Of a stretch of 64,000 nucleotides of DNA, positions 63,366 through 64,000 are shown one piece after another (positions within the stretch are counted from its first letter, which is position 1; each line of letters begins with the position of its first letter). The stretch is from Podarcis tiliguerta (taxonomy: Eukaryota), in NCBI GenBank assembly GCA_965153285.1, contig OZ229112.1, one strand, 5' to 3'. A program made the translations under genes and the position numbers. Below the pieces are notes generated by a model. The model was not told where the DNA came from. It did no database searches and was given only the letters and a program-made list of their open reading frames with translations.

Positions 63366-64000
63366 CTGAAAAAAAGGGAGGAGGGTAGGATAATGAAGCA
63401 AGTACATCAAAAACACAACGTTGGGAAATATCACATGGCAAGTGCTGTGTAATGAAGCCACTATCATGTTCCTCTTATTAATCAACAGTGTGAAAAAGCA
63501 TTGCTTCTACCTCAGGGATGACTAACCAAGGGCCACATTCTCTGTAGACCTACCTTCCAAGGGCCACACCCTAGCAGTGGGCGTGGCCTAGGTGGGCATA
63601 ACCATTTCACATTTGCTCTCCCTCATACACTTATTTGCACCACCACACATACAGGAAGAGCTCAGGGCAGCAGAAATGGCAGCAGGACCACCACAGGAAT
63701 TGTGATGCAAAACTGGTCCTTAGACCAGGAGGCAGGCCTCCATGTGGTTTCAGAACCCTAATGCAGCTTATGACCATTTGCATGGATGTGTGTGGATCAG
63801 GTCCCCAGGCAGAGAGTTTGCCTTTCCTGTTCTACATCAACAGAAATACTACAGCTGTCTCACGGTACGTTGCAGCATACAGGCATTTGTCATATGATAG
63901 GCAAACAGAAATCTATTTCTAAATGTCAGAGTTGGCAGATGTGTATTTTATGACATGCAGCCAATTTGCACTGCACTGTTGTCTGATTATCTTACATGGT

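Overview
Vertebrate genomic DNA, most likely a squamate reptile; the Sauria/Squam-type SINEs point to a lacertid lizard. It carries two spliced protein-coding genes in tandem on the minus strand. (1) The 3' part of PLEKHG1 (RhoGEF): 11 coding exons from the PH domain to the stop at 50156, then a ~3.2-kb 3'UTR. (2) Exons 1-20 of MTHFD1L (mitochondrial monofunctional 10-formyl-THF synthetase): ATG at 45129 in a CpG island, with the gene running off the left edge. All exons were read by hand and join in frame; MTHFD1L intron 5 needs a GC donor. The introns hold Sauria SINEs, other tRNA-derived SINEs, BovB/RTE derivatives, L1/L2/CR1 fragments, and hAT and Tc1/mariner-type MITEs. I found no prokaryote-type system and no unexplained long ORF. 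The best leads are: an HDV-ribozyme-like fold at the 5' end of an internally deleted RTE retroposon, whose antisense strand also forms a possible poison exon in MTHFD1L intron 7; an ATF4/NF-Y/MYC motif cluster in MTHFD1L intron 1; two PLEKHG1 exons absent from the human protein as I recall it; and a Bov-A-like BovB deletion derivative. Comparisons to human sequences and repeat consensuses are from memory, not database searches.
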